DNA of 64,000 nucleotides from Neocallimastix sp. 'constans' (taxonomy: Eukaryota). The notes under the pieces are model-generated. The model saw nothing but the letters and a program-made list of their open reading frames with translations, was not told the origin of the DNA and did not search any database. The DNA lies in NCBI GenBank assembly GCA_050613775.1, contig JBODTK010000129.1, forward strand, positions 1 to 64,000. The letters are read 5' to 3'. Position 1 is the first letter of the stretch. Each line of letters starts with the position of its first letter. This document shows positions 42,101 to 55,734 of the stretch, piece by piece. A program made the position numbers and the translations under genes.

Positions 42101-42423
42101 TTCACAACTACCATATCCTTCAAAGTCTAAAGTAGTATTGTTTGCACATCTTAGTTGTACAAAATCTTCTTTATAATCTTTCAAAAGGTTTTTATCATTA
42201 GTTACATGTTCGTAAGCTCCACTATCATAATACCATTCAACTGTTTCGTTACTTTCTATATTTCTTTCAATTATGTTTACAGATTTTTCATCATTATCTA
42301 TATTATATGGTTCATTTATTGATTCAATTAGCAAAGCATCATTAATATGTGGTTCACATAATGGTCTGATGTCTTCAAAATTATCATCTCTTTCGCTGTC
42401 ACTTTCTTCATATTTAGAAGTTA
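39095..42423 (-). CDS. Copia protease - integrase - long Asn-rich linker ORF (no own ATG at its start; +1 relative to gag)
   Basis: WYYDSGAYEH, WHRRMGH, CKEC, HSDISGP, TDGGKEY, NGKAER. The frame is open upstream of 42334 into the end of gag. Confidence 0.93.
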
Positions 42424-43430
42424 TTTTTTTCCACTAAACCAAATGATTTTAATTCTTTTTCTTCATTTTTATGGTTTTTCTGGTAGAGTGATTGTTGCCT
42501 CCCTTCTTTTTTGTTTTCTCTTGCTTTCATATTGTATTTACAATCTTTTGTGAGATGTCCTCTTATCTCACAAATATGACAATATAAATTTTTGTTAGTT
42601 TTGTTATTGTTTCTGTTTATTTTCTTAACAAAACCTTTTCCTTTATGATAGTTTTTATTTTTATAACGTTTTTCAATTAGATCTATATCCATTGGATCAT
42701 CATGATCATCATGTTCATCCATTGTATTTTCCCAATTTTCTAGATATGATCTAGCTGAAATTCTATCTTTTATACTTTCATATAATTGTCTGGCGGTAGT
42801 TTCTAAAGTTACATCTATAATGTTTTTAAAGTCATTTGGTAAAATATTGAACATGTACTTTAATTTTTCCCTTTCAGTCAAATTTACTCCGGCATCTTCC
42901 ATTTCACCGAATATTTCATTTACGCTATCAGCCATCTTCATTATTTGGCTGCGGTCATTTGCCTTAAGTTTTCGCAATTTCTTGAGCCAGTATTCAGTGT
43001 CATTATTCTTATCACCGTATTTTGAAGTTAGTTTTTCCATAATTGTGAATGTTTTCTTCATTCTACTAACTTCCCTTAATATTTTTTCTTCAACGTTTTG
43101 AATCACCATAAGCATTAACTGAGAGTCTTTCTCTTCTGCTTTAGCAATGATTCTATTTCGGTTTTGAGTAAACACTTCATTGTAGTTTACATTTTCTCCA
43201 CGATTTAATTGTAATTCCTCAATAATCTTCAGGATAGCTTTTACCGTCTTAGATTCTTCATTAGGATTAAGTCTATAGTTATTATCCTTCAGGTGAGAGA
43301 TAACATCTTCTTCAATGAATTCTTCCATTCCATATCTCCTAGCTGCAGTCATGATAAGGAAATTCCATGTGGCAAAATTGGATACACCACGAAGACGTTG
43401 GTCCTTAGCTAAGTTAAATTGATAGGCCAT
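42414..43430 (-). CDS. Copia Gag with CCHC zinc knuckle
   Basis: NFATW, DPMDID and CHICEIRGHLTKDC (CX2CX4HX4C); starts 60 nt after the PBS. Confidence 0.93.
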   Translation of the reverse strand: MAYQFNLAKDQRLRGVSNFATWNFLIMTAARRYGMEEFIEEDVISHLKDNNYRLNPNEESKTVKAILKIIEELQLNRGENVNYNEVFTQNRNRIIAKAEEKDSQLMLMVIQNVEEKILREVSRMKKTFTIMEKLTSKYGDKNNDTEYWLKKLRKLKANDRSQIMKMADSVNEIFGEMEDAGVNLTEREKLKYMFNILPNDFKNIIDVTLETTARQLYESIKDRISARSYLENWENTMDEHDDHDDPMDIDLIEKRYKNKNYHKGKGFVKKINRNNNKTNKNLYCHICEIRGHLTKDCKYNMKARENKKEGRQQSLYQKNHKNEEKELKSFGLVEKNNF

Positions 43431-43490
43431 CTTAATACTTTGTTAAAATCGATTTTTAAATTTAAAGCTTTGTAATTTATTATAGAGTAC

Positions 43491-43504
43491 TGAGACTCTT
43501 AATC
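43491..43504 (-). other. Primer-binding site complementary to the tRNA-Lys(CUU) anticodon arm
   Basis: Plus strand reads TGAGA-CTCTTAA-TC, matching positions 27-40 of a eukaryotic tRNA-Lys(CUU) as recalled; it abuts the 5' LTR. Confidence 0.85.
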
Positions 43505-44115
<611 letters not shown>

Positions 44116-45234
44116 AAGATAGAATTTGTAATAACAGTAATAATAATAATATCATAATAAAATAATTTTTTACTCTTTTTTTTTTTTTTATTAATAATAT
44201 TATTATTATCATTACTATTATACAGTTAATCTTATAAATATATTTTTAATATATTTATAATACTTATATTTTGTAAATGTTTTTCACTTACTATTGAATT
44301 TATTAATAATACATTTATAATATTTTTTAAATTTTATTAATACTTATATTTTATTTCAATTTTTAATTTTAAATGAAGATTTTATTCAATTAAAAATTAA
44401 AAAGAAAAATAAAAAAATAAAATTACGAGATACAAAGTTACATTAATTACCTATTTATATATATATTGTAATGTTAAATATATAAAATCTAATATTAAAA
44501 ATATATATTATTTTATTTAATTATATAAAAGAATATAAAAATTATTTATTATTCAGTAATCTGAAATGATATTTTGAATTTGAGGTTCAATAAATTATGT
44601 CTTGACTAACATTTTCCTAGTTAAGATTAAAAGATTGCATAAAGTATTATTAACAAAAAAAAAAAAAAAAGTTAATATTCATGAACAAATTCGCTATTAA
44701 AAAATTTTTACAAAGTTTATTATATCTCAAACTTTAATAGTTTTTTAAATTTTATAAATTAATTATTAATTTTAAAATCAGAATAAATATTAATAAATGT
44801 ATATGAATTATATTCTAATAAATAATAATTTTAGTCTAATTTATATAGGTAAATTAAAGTTTCATATAAACTATCAAATAACAAAATAAATAGAGATTAT
44901 GAAAAAACAAAATTTGGTTACACCATTTTTTTAATATATAAATAGTAGAAAAAAATAAACTTTATAATCATTAATCATTAAAACAAAAAAATTTATATTT
45001 AAATATATAATGATAAATGATAAAAAGATTTCAATAATTTTCTTTTCATTAAAAGTTGAAAGCTCTTTGATTTTGAATTAATTATAATTTATAAATTAAA
45101 ATTAATAAATTATCTATATTATAATGCATTATTTCATTATATAATAAAAAGAAGTTAGGCTATATTTTTTGTATTACTTAACAACTTAAACAATATTTAT
45201 ATAATTTATATCATAATTGAAACATTATTAAAAT

Positions 45235-46920
45235 ATGTTAAGGACAATTCTAAATAATAGAACTTTTGAAATTGATGATAATGATACAGTATTTAAAAAA
45301 ATTAATAGAAATGAATATAATAATTATGATGATGAAAATATTGAAGAAAAAGAACAAGAACTGATATTTGTATATTCTTCAAAAATCAAAAGTTTAGAAG
45401 AAGAATTAGTGAATAAAAATAATGAGGTAAATATTTTATTTACTATAAATTTATTAATAATTTTTCTTTTAATTATATGTTTTAATATTTAAATTTAATT
45501 GTTTTTTATATATTTATTTAACAAATAAGTATAAAAAATTAGAAGAAAAATTTAAATTATTTAAAGATGATTTTTTATATAATTTAAAAGTGTTACAAGA
45601 AAGAGATAAAGAGTTGGAAAATTTTGAAAAAATTATCACTGATATAAGAAAAGAAAATGAACAAAAGTGTGTTTAAATATTAATAAATTATTATTAATAG
45701 TATATATTTATTTATTTATTTATAATTTTCTTGTATATTATATATAAATATATATAGTAAAGTAACAATTGGAAATTTAAAATTTCAATTAAATTTAAAA
45801 ACTAAAGAAATTTCTGGTTTAGAAGAAAAAAACAAACATCAAGATGAAATTTATGAGGAATCAATTAAAAATATGAAAAAAGAGTTCAAAGTCAGTTAAA
45901 ATGTTAATAAATATATATAATTTATATAATTTTTTATTATATTATTAATAATATATTGAGGAAAAAAAAAAAAAAAAATCTTTTTTAATATTATTAAAAT
46001 TTAGAATGTTTGTGAAAATAATGAAAAATTATTAAATGCAAAATTAAATGAGCATTCTCAGTTAATAAATGATTTAAAAAAGCAATTAAATGAATCATTA
46101 TCGACAATTAAAAAGCAAAAGTAATACTGTAAACTGTAAATTAATATAATATTTTATTTTTAATATATTTAATAAAAATTTAATGAAAATTATTTATATA
46201 ATTTCAGAGGGTCTTATGAAGAAAAAATAAAAGTATTAAACCAAGAAAATCTTGATAAAATAAATTCTCTTACAAGAGATTATGAGAATACAGTATCCAC
46301 AATGGAAATTACTAATTCTCAATTAAGAAACGAATTATTAAGTTTACAAAGCTATAATATTGTCTTAGAAAAAGATAAAAATATTTTGATGGAAAAAAAG
46401 AGGTATTATTAAAATATTTATTTATATATTATTATTTTTTTTAATAAATTAATAATACAAAATATCAATACATTTTAAAATTTATCTCAAATTTTAATAG
46501 TACTATGGAAAGAAATATATATATAGATCAAACAAAATCAAAAGAAAAAGAACAATTTATTAATAATCAATTAAATAAATTGATAGAAGAAAATAATAAG
46601 GTTCAAATTTTTTTAATATATTCATAAATAGTGATAGTGATAACTATTATAGTATATATTATTGACAATAATTTAAAATATATAATTAAATATATATTAC
46701 TAAAGATTAATAGCATATTAGAAGATAATTCCAATTGTATGAATGAATATAAGTTAACTATCCAACGAAAGGAAAATCTATTGAATGTAATATAATAAAT
46801 AATATTTTATATAAATAATAATCATATTTATATAATGATAATTAATATTAATAACAATTAAAATAATAAATAATAGATAATAAATAAATAAACAAATATA
46901 TTAATGAATGAATGAATTAA

Positions 46921-46955
<35 letters not shown>

Positions 46956-46975
46956 ATAGTAATAATAATATTTAT

Positions 46976-47012
<37 letters not shown>

Positions 47013-48981
47013 TATATGCTAATATTAATAATTAATAATTAATAATTTATAATTTATACTAAATTGAATAGGCAGCTTTAAACGAAAATAAATTGTTAAA
47101 AAATAAAATTGAAGAATTAACAAAAGAAAATTATAAAGTGCTTGAGGATTTAAAAATTATAACAAAAACAGTTAAACATAATAAATATGAAATTAGTTTA
47201 TTAACTAAAGAAATATCTAAATATAAAAAACTTGATATTAAGCATCAGGAAAAATTAATTGAAATTAATCGTTCTCAAATAGAGAAAGTAAATAAAAATA
47301 TAAATAAAAATATTGAAATATATCTAAAAATGATTATAATATTATCAATAACACATATTAATTATTATGTTAATAGATTGATGAAAATTTATATTTAAAA
47401 AAAAATTTAGAAAAACAGAGAAATGTTCTAATGGAAGAAATAAATAAATTAAAAAATCAATTAAAAGAAAATGAAATTTCATATAAAAGGAAATTTGAAC
47501 AATGTAAAATCTATAATGAATAAAATAAAAATTATTATTATTTTTTAATACTTAATTATTCTTTATTTATTAGATGAAAAAGAATGGGAAAGTAAATATC
47601 AATCAAAAAATGAAGAATATGAAAAATTAAAACAGTTAATTGAAGAAAATAATAATTATACCAAAATATGCGAAGTATAACAATTAAATTATTAATATAA
47701 TTTTAATTATAATAATCAATAATAATTTATTTATGTATTTTATATATTTATTTAATAGTCATTACAAAATAATCTTAATAAATATATATCTGAAGGTATT
47801 TTCAATAAAAAATTTTTATTAAATATTTAATTTAATGGATAATATTTTAATATATATATATATATATATTAATATAATTAAAATAAGAAATATCAAAAAG
47901 GAAAAATCAATCATTAGAAATAAAAATAAATAAAAATTCTGAGAAGGGTATATATTTATTCAAATATAATAAAATAAATATAAATATATTAATATTACAT
48001 ATTAATAATTTTTAAATAATAATATATTAAGATTTATCAGAAAGTAATAATAAATTAAAAATAAATATTAAATTACCAAAACAATTATCTAAGAACGATA
48101 ATGAAATTAATGATGAAAATAATGACGATGTATATGAAATGGAATCAAATGAAATATATAAAAAAGTATAAAAATGAAATATTAATATATATTTAATTCT
48201 GTATTTCTGTAAATTCTCTAAAAGAAATCTAAATTTTAATAATAAGGAATATAAATTTTTTTGTGATAATGGGAAAAAAGAAGATGTTTATATTGAAAAT
48301 CAAATGTTACAACAAAAAATAGTTGAACTTCAGGAACAAGTAATAAACTTAAATTACATTTTACTAATTGAAAAATAGTATTAATATATTAATTTATTCA
48401 AATAAATTATATCATTATATATATTATTTAAGAATGATACATTAGGTTCAATAATTCACCAAATGCGAGTTGATCTAGATAATATTCATAATAATATAAC
48501 ATGTAATAACAACAATGATAATGAAAAGGTTCATAATAATTTTTAATTTATTTATTTTTATTTATTTAATTATTTATTATTTCTATTTATTTATTTATTT
48601 TTTCTTGTATATTTTATAAAGATAATACATGAATTGAAAGTTGAATTACAGGACCTACATTTGAAAATACAAAAAAAGCAAGATATAATCGAAGATTTAA
48701 TAAATGAACGACAACATAATGAGAAGAAAATAAAAAATAATTTATTTGGTAATTATGATGTAGATAAAAATGATTGTTCATCTGTATTAAAAAATTATGA
48801 TAAAATATTATATGAAAATAAATTATTAAAAGAAAAACTACGGGATGCCATTATTGATTTAGAATATATAAATTTGGAGAGAAATAAATTAGTCGAAATA
48901 AGTAACGAATTAAAGGCTGAATTAAAACAATACGAAGAAAATGAAACAAATTTTAAAGATACTTTAATGCAAAATAATTAA
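45235..48981 (+). CDS. CCDC57: Multi-exon coiled-coil protein, CCDC57-like (centriole/basal body)
   Basis: Exon 2 FKDDFLYNLKVLQERDKELENF and last-exon LERNKLVEISNELKAEL resemble conserved CCDC57 blocks as recalled. Many short GT-AG introns; not all internal exons were resolved. Confidence 0.75.
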
Positions 48982-48987
48982 TCAAAG

Positions 48988-49025
<38 letters not shown>

Positions 49026-49248
49026 TTTTTTTTTAAAAAAAAAAAAAAAAACATTTTAACGTTAAATCTTACATAAATTATAAATTATCTATAAATAAAC
49101 TTCAATATATTTAGCATTAAATAATTTCCATATTAATAAAAGTTAATTTTGAATTACTTATTTTTAATATCTTTTTAATTTAAATATTTGATAATAATAT
49201 ATATATTAATATATATTTATTATATGAATTAATCTAATGTTAATTTAA

Positions 49249-49351
<103 letters not shown>

Positions 49352-49941
49352 ATTTTAAATATAGATAAATAAAGCAGAATAGTAACAAAAGTAGTAAAAA
49401 AATTATGTTTATTACAATAAATCTTTTACTAACAAAATACTACCTAAAGGAAGTTAGTAAGTAATAATATATTTAATTGTATATATATTCCAATAATATT
49501 TAAAATCAAAAAGTGTTCAAAATTGGAATTAAAATATTTATTGAATAATAATAATAATTTTTTATCATGAGAACAATATTATTTATTTATTTTAATTTTA
49601 TTTGCATATATTTTATTTATTATAAATATTTTTGATGTTGAATTATTTATGGAACATTTTTTAATTTAATAATAATTATTATTATTTTTATTTTTTTTTA
49701 TTAATATATTAAATTTGCTTATTTTAATATACTTGCTTTATTACTTTTGTATTTTATTAATTTAATATAAATATAATGTTTTTCTCAATTTATTAATTAT
49801 TTTTTATATTATTGATATTTATAATTGAAGCATTTAATTTTTATTTTCATTTTTATTTCTATTTTTTTTTTAATAATTTGTGAAATGGATAAAATTAATT
49901 CATATTTTCATATCTTTATTTGTTATTAAATTTTTTTTTGC

Positions 49942-50636
49942 TTAAACTGATTTAACAACAATCTTGTATTTCTTTTGGAAATCTAATAATTCTTCTTCCT
50001 TCTTCTTATAAGTTTGAACTAATTGACTTATTATAGCATTAATCTAATATATATATATATATATTTATTATATTGAATTAATAAGATCATAAAAACATAC
50101 ATGAAATTATAAAAACATTTATATATAATATTAATTGCATAATTCAATTTAAATTTTATTATATATTTAATTAAATTTTTAAATTAAATTCAAATAGATA
50201 TATAGGTTAATATTTATATTTCATACTCCTACTAAATTATTTTCAACAGCGGGTAAAACATCCTTAATAGTACGTTCGACTAAAACACCATGAATTAATC
50301 TGAAACATTTTCTGTCACTATTAAGTGGCTTTAAAGTTTGAATAACTAGTCTATTAATTTATTAAATTATTTAAAATATATTATAAATTATTATATATAT
50401 AATAATTAATGATATTTTTATTATTCTTGTTTTATGATTTTATTTTATTTTATTTTATTTTATTTTATATTTTTTTACTTTATTATTTAATGATATTAAA
50501 ACTATTTTAATATATACTCATGTTCATCCTTTTCAGTTTCCAATTCACCAACTTTAGTTGAAATAGATTGTAATTCTTGCTTTAAAGATTGAAATTTAGC
50601 AACAATTTCTTGGTCAGTTAATTTTTGTTCAGACAT
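49942..50636 (-). CDS. GIM4: Prefoldin subunit 2; exons 50636-50518, 50350-50227, 50043-49942
   Basis: Spliced MSEQKLTDQEIVAKFQSLKQELQSISTKVGELETEKDEHELVIQTLKPLNSDRKCFRLIHGVLVERTIKDVLPAVENN...FQKKYKIVVKSV*. Missed by the ORF track. Confidence 0.93.
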
Positions 50637-51226
50637 TTCTAATTTATTATGATTTTATGTAAATTTATAAAAGTTTTTACACATTTACAAATGAATTATT
50701 AATAAAAAGGATAAAAATAACTGTTTATATTATTATATTATATATATATATATATATTTATTTTCATTAAAGAAGACATATATATTTACTTCTTAAGATA
50801 ATTTATAATTAAAATTTAAAAATAATTATATATTTTAGAATTTAAATATAAAATAATATACCTTCTTTATTCTTAATTAAATCCTTAAATTATCATTTAT
50901 TAAAGAATTTTTTTAATAAATCATGAATATATATATAAATTAATTAGCTTTATATGAAATTTGATTGGTTTTTATATTCATTTATTGTATTATACATCAA
51001 ATATATTCTTTATAATAAAATGAAAACTTTAATTATATATAGTTTTTAAAAAAACTTTTTTTATGAAATTATTTGAATTAAAATTTTTAAAGATACATAT
51101 AGTAATATGACTTTTTTTATTAATTAATTAATTAATAATTATTATTATATTTTATTTATAAAAAAAGAAAAAGAAAAAGAATAAAAAAAAAACATAAAAA
51201 TTAAAAATAATAAATAAAGATAGTAA

Positions 51227-51259
<33 letters not shown>

Positions 51260-51435
51260 TTTAAAAAATAATTTTATTCTTATTTTCAATTTTTTTAAAT
51301 TGTGAAAAAATATATATTTTTTAATAATATTCCTTTTATTTTTTTTATTGTAATTACAAAATTTAATAAAACTTTTATAATTTTTCATCCTCTAATCTGG
51401 AATAATTAAATATCAATTCATTAAATACATTTTAA

Positions 51436-52162
51436 ATGGATGAAGATTATATTGAACCGTGTAGTATATGCTTACTTGATTTAATACCTGAAAATAAAGA
51501 TGAAACGGAAAATTTAGGTATTCTATCTTGTAATCATAAATTTCATGAACAGTGTATAAAATTATGGTCAGAGGTTAATTATCACACAAAAATAAAATTT
51601 TATTTATATAATTTTCTTTAATTTAAATATCATTAAATTTTACTCACAATAAAAAATATCTATTATCTTTTCAATTTTTATATAAATCTTTCATTCAATA
51701 TATATAATTAATATATTTTCAATATGTTATATATGATTATATAAATTCTAAACAATATATATAGAAAGCAAAAGCATGTACATGTCCAATAGATAGAGGT
51801 GTATTTAGTGAAATTAAAATTTATAGCTATAATGGGGAATATTTAAGTACATATGCTATTAAGAAAAAAGAAGTAAGAATTTCTACATATTTTTTTTTAA
51901 ATATAATTATATAATTTATGATTATTGTATCGCAATTATGCATATTTCACATATTCATATTTATTTTGTTAATATACAATAATTAAATCAATAATTAAAT
52001 TGTATTTATTTATAAAAGAAAAACGAAGAAATTGAAATTGAAGATTTATCATATTGTATAATATGTGGAAGATCTGACCATGAAGAAATAATGTTGTTAT
52101 GTGATATATGTGATGCACCATATCACACAAGTTAGTTTCTTATATATAAACACAATAAGTAA

Positions 52163-52203
<41 letters not shown>

Positions 52204-52651
52204 GTAATGTGATAGTACCATTTTTTCACTGAAATTTTTAAAATTAATTATAATTATTATATTCATATATAAAGCTTGCTTAGGTTTGAATAGTATTCCA
52301 GATGGAAATTGGTATTGTCCAAAATGTGTGAGTGAAAATCCTGCTCTTGAATATTCAATGGTTATAGATAATGATCCTTCGGATATAGAAATTTTGTATG
52401 AAACTCCATCTGTTTCTGAAATATCAACTTCTGTTGACAGTAAAAAAAGAACACAATCAAATGAAAATACTAAAAAAAGCCGAGGAAAAAAATCAAAATC
52501 TCGAACAATAGCAAATTCGAATAATAAAAGAATAAAAGCTTCTAGATCATTAATTAGGTATGACAAAAAATTAAATATTTTTTTTTTTATTTAAAATAAA
52601 TATTAACTCTAAATAATAAATAATAAATAATAAATAATAAATAATAAATAA

Positions 52652-52698
<47 letters not shown>

Positions 52699-52724
52699 AT
52701 TAATAATAATAATAATAATAATAA

Positions 52725-52809
<85 letters not shown>

Positions 52810-54199
52810 TTAATATTAATATTATTATTTAATTGTTTTCAAATTAAATAGTAAATTAAGAAGAGAAATTCATCAAAGAAGACAATATAATATTAAGGTA
52901 AATAAATGTTTGTTTGAAGAAATTTCATTAATTAATATACCACGTAATAATTTTAATGAATATTTAGATGCCTATCGAGCATCCACATCTGATAATGTGT
53001 CAACTCGAAATTTAAGTAGTTTAAGAGAAAGGCTTAAATATGAAACAAAAAGAAAATATTCTAAAATGCTTGATACCCAATCTGTTAATAATATTTATGA
53101 AAAACCTTCTTCATATAATGGAAATTCAGAATATGATCTAGTATGGAGACAAGCTAAATTAGCCAAAAAAATTCAACCAAATTCTAGTAGTTCTTTTTCC
53201 AAAAATTCATTTAAAATTAAAGAAAATAAATCTTTCTCCTCTTTAAAACGTCTAAATATAACACTTAAAAGAATGACAGAACAAGAAACAAATAGAAATA
53301 ATAACAATAATAAGTATAACAACGACGACAGTAAAAATAATAGAAATAATAACAATTATAATTCAGCCAGTAGTAGTAATAATATTAATAACCCAATAAA
53401 AATAAATAATAAAAGTTATATTAATCATAGTTTAAAAAATAATAAACATGATAATAAACACTTCTTGTCAAACAGCAGTACAATTTATTATTCACATAAT
53501 AATTCATCTAATCATAACAATGTAATTAATAAGCAAAATTGTTGTTCCTCATCAAATAAGGAATCAAATAATGACTCATCGAATAGTAGTCATAATCAAA
53601 ATAATCATTCATCTTCAAATGTAAATAAATCATTTACAAGTAGTATTCAAAGTTATCCTTCATCAACTAATAATAATGATAAATATTCTTCAAATAATAA
53701 TAATTTAAATGATGGTACTCCTAGTAGTAGTAATAGTAGTATCTCTAGTAAAGATTTTATCAATGATCTTACTCCTAGTAGTAGTAATAGTAGTATCTCT
53801 AGTAATGATTTTGTCAATGATCTTTTTACCAATGAAATTATACCAGAGAGTCGCACATCTTCAAAAGATCATAATGGATATTCATCTCGTGAAATATTTA
53901 AATTTATAAGGCCTTATATAAAGAAAAGAGTTAAGAGTCGTTATATTACAAGAGAACAATATAAGAAATTAACAAGAGATACAACTTTTTATGTAATAAA
54001 AAGGTTAGGAAATAATTATACAGGGGAACATAAATTGAATTATGAGGAATTAAAAAAAGATTTTCTTTATGATCATTCATTTTCAAATAAAATTATTATA
54101 AATTTTGTAAATTATAACATCATTAAATTCCTTGAAATTAACAAAAAAATGACGAATAGTTCTTCAAAAAATACTCCTAAACATCCAAAACCTATATAA
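51436..54199 (+). CDS. RING-H2 + PHD finger protein with C-terminal SRI-like block (PHRF1/Asr1-like); exons 51436-51573, 51765-51872, 52019-52130, 52275-52557, 52852-54199
   Basis: CSIC...CNHKFHEQC...CPIDR; CIICGRSDHEEIMLLCDICDAPYHTTCLGLNSIPDGNWYCPKC; FIRPYIKKRVKSRYITREQYKKL. Confidence 0.85.
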
Positions 54200-54254
54200 T
54201 AATTATTATAATTGATATTAATTATAATCTATTTAAAATCATAAATTATTTTTC

Positions 54255-54294
<40 letters not shown>

Positions 54295-55193
54295 TTCTTT
54301 TTCTTTTTTTTATTATATAATTAATTCTTCATAAAATTTTTTTATCCATTCTAAATTTTTATATATAAATATATGGATTTATATTTTATAATTAAATAAT
54401 TAAATACTTAACATTACTATTTCTTATATATGCTTATATATAATAAATAAATATAAACATATACAATATGAATTCGACCATTTAACAATTAAGTTAAAAA
54501 AAAATAATGTGAGTTCGACCATTTAACAATAAAGTAAAAAAAAAAAAAAAAATTAAAATTATCTTTATATTAATATATATATGAAATAACTTTTAAAATA
54601 CTAACATATACAATTGATATTTATAGATTAAAATATTTATATATATTATTAATTCAAAATATTAATTAAAAAATATATTATTTATATAAATAATACTTTA
54701 ATTCTCAAAGTAATATATAATATATATTATAATATATATTATATACTCCTAAAAATTTTATAAATATTTCATATTTAGAAGTATTTTAATATTGCATTTT
54801 TTTTTTTAAAAAAAATTTTAAATATTATTATCTTAATGATATAAGTAAAAAAAAAAAAAAAAAAAAATTACCAAAAATAAATATCATAACATAAAATTTA
54901 AATATTATTGTTTCGTGTACATTTTAATTTTTAATATTTTAAACATAATAAAAATTATTAAAGAAATAAAATAAAATTCTTTTTATAAAAACATGATAAT
55001 AATAAATATCAAATAGTAATGAATATAAAATAAATATTTTCTAAAATAAAATAAAATAAAATAATAAAATACTATTATCAAATGTTTTATGTTTTAATAG
55101 TTATATAATATTCATTTTAAATTTCAATGGTTTTATTTTTTATTTTTATTTTAATATATATATATATATATTTTTATGATCTAATGATTTAAT

Positions 55194-55252
<59 letters not shown>

Positions 55253-55640
55253 ATATAATTTAAATATAATTTTTCCATTTCTATTTTTTTTTTTTTTTAT
55301 TTTTATATATTATTTTATTTATTTTATAATTATTTAATAATTAATTAATATTTGTTTTATAGCTTAAATTAAAATTTAATTCTAAAATATATAAAATTTG
55401 TTTAGTATTTTTCCAATATAAAAAAAAAAAAAAACTCAAACTTTATATAATTTATTTTTTATCAAAATTAATTTTAATAATATTATTATTTTTATAATAT
55501 TAATTCATCGATATTTTAATAATAAAATCAAAAACAATATAAAATGATTAAATAAATATTATTCTATAGTAAAATAACTATACTATATATATTTGAAAAC
55601 CTCTTTTAAATAAATTCATTTGTTTTTATATTAGTTTTTT

Positions 55641-55688
<48 letters not shown>

Positions 55689-55734
55689 AATAACCCCAAA
55701 TTATGCATCTTATCTTTCAAAAACAACAACAAAA

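Noticed and set aside
52898..52967. Possible extra GT-AG intron in the RING-PHD gene
   Set aside because: Removing 70 nt would shift the frame into a stop, whereas the unspliced frame stays open.
54465..54540. Two 41-bp-period copies containing TTCGACC (pol III B-box-like)
   Set aside because: No A-box or cloverleaf; most simply a local tandem duplication.
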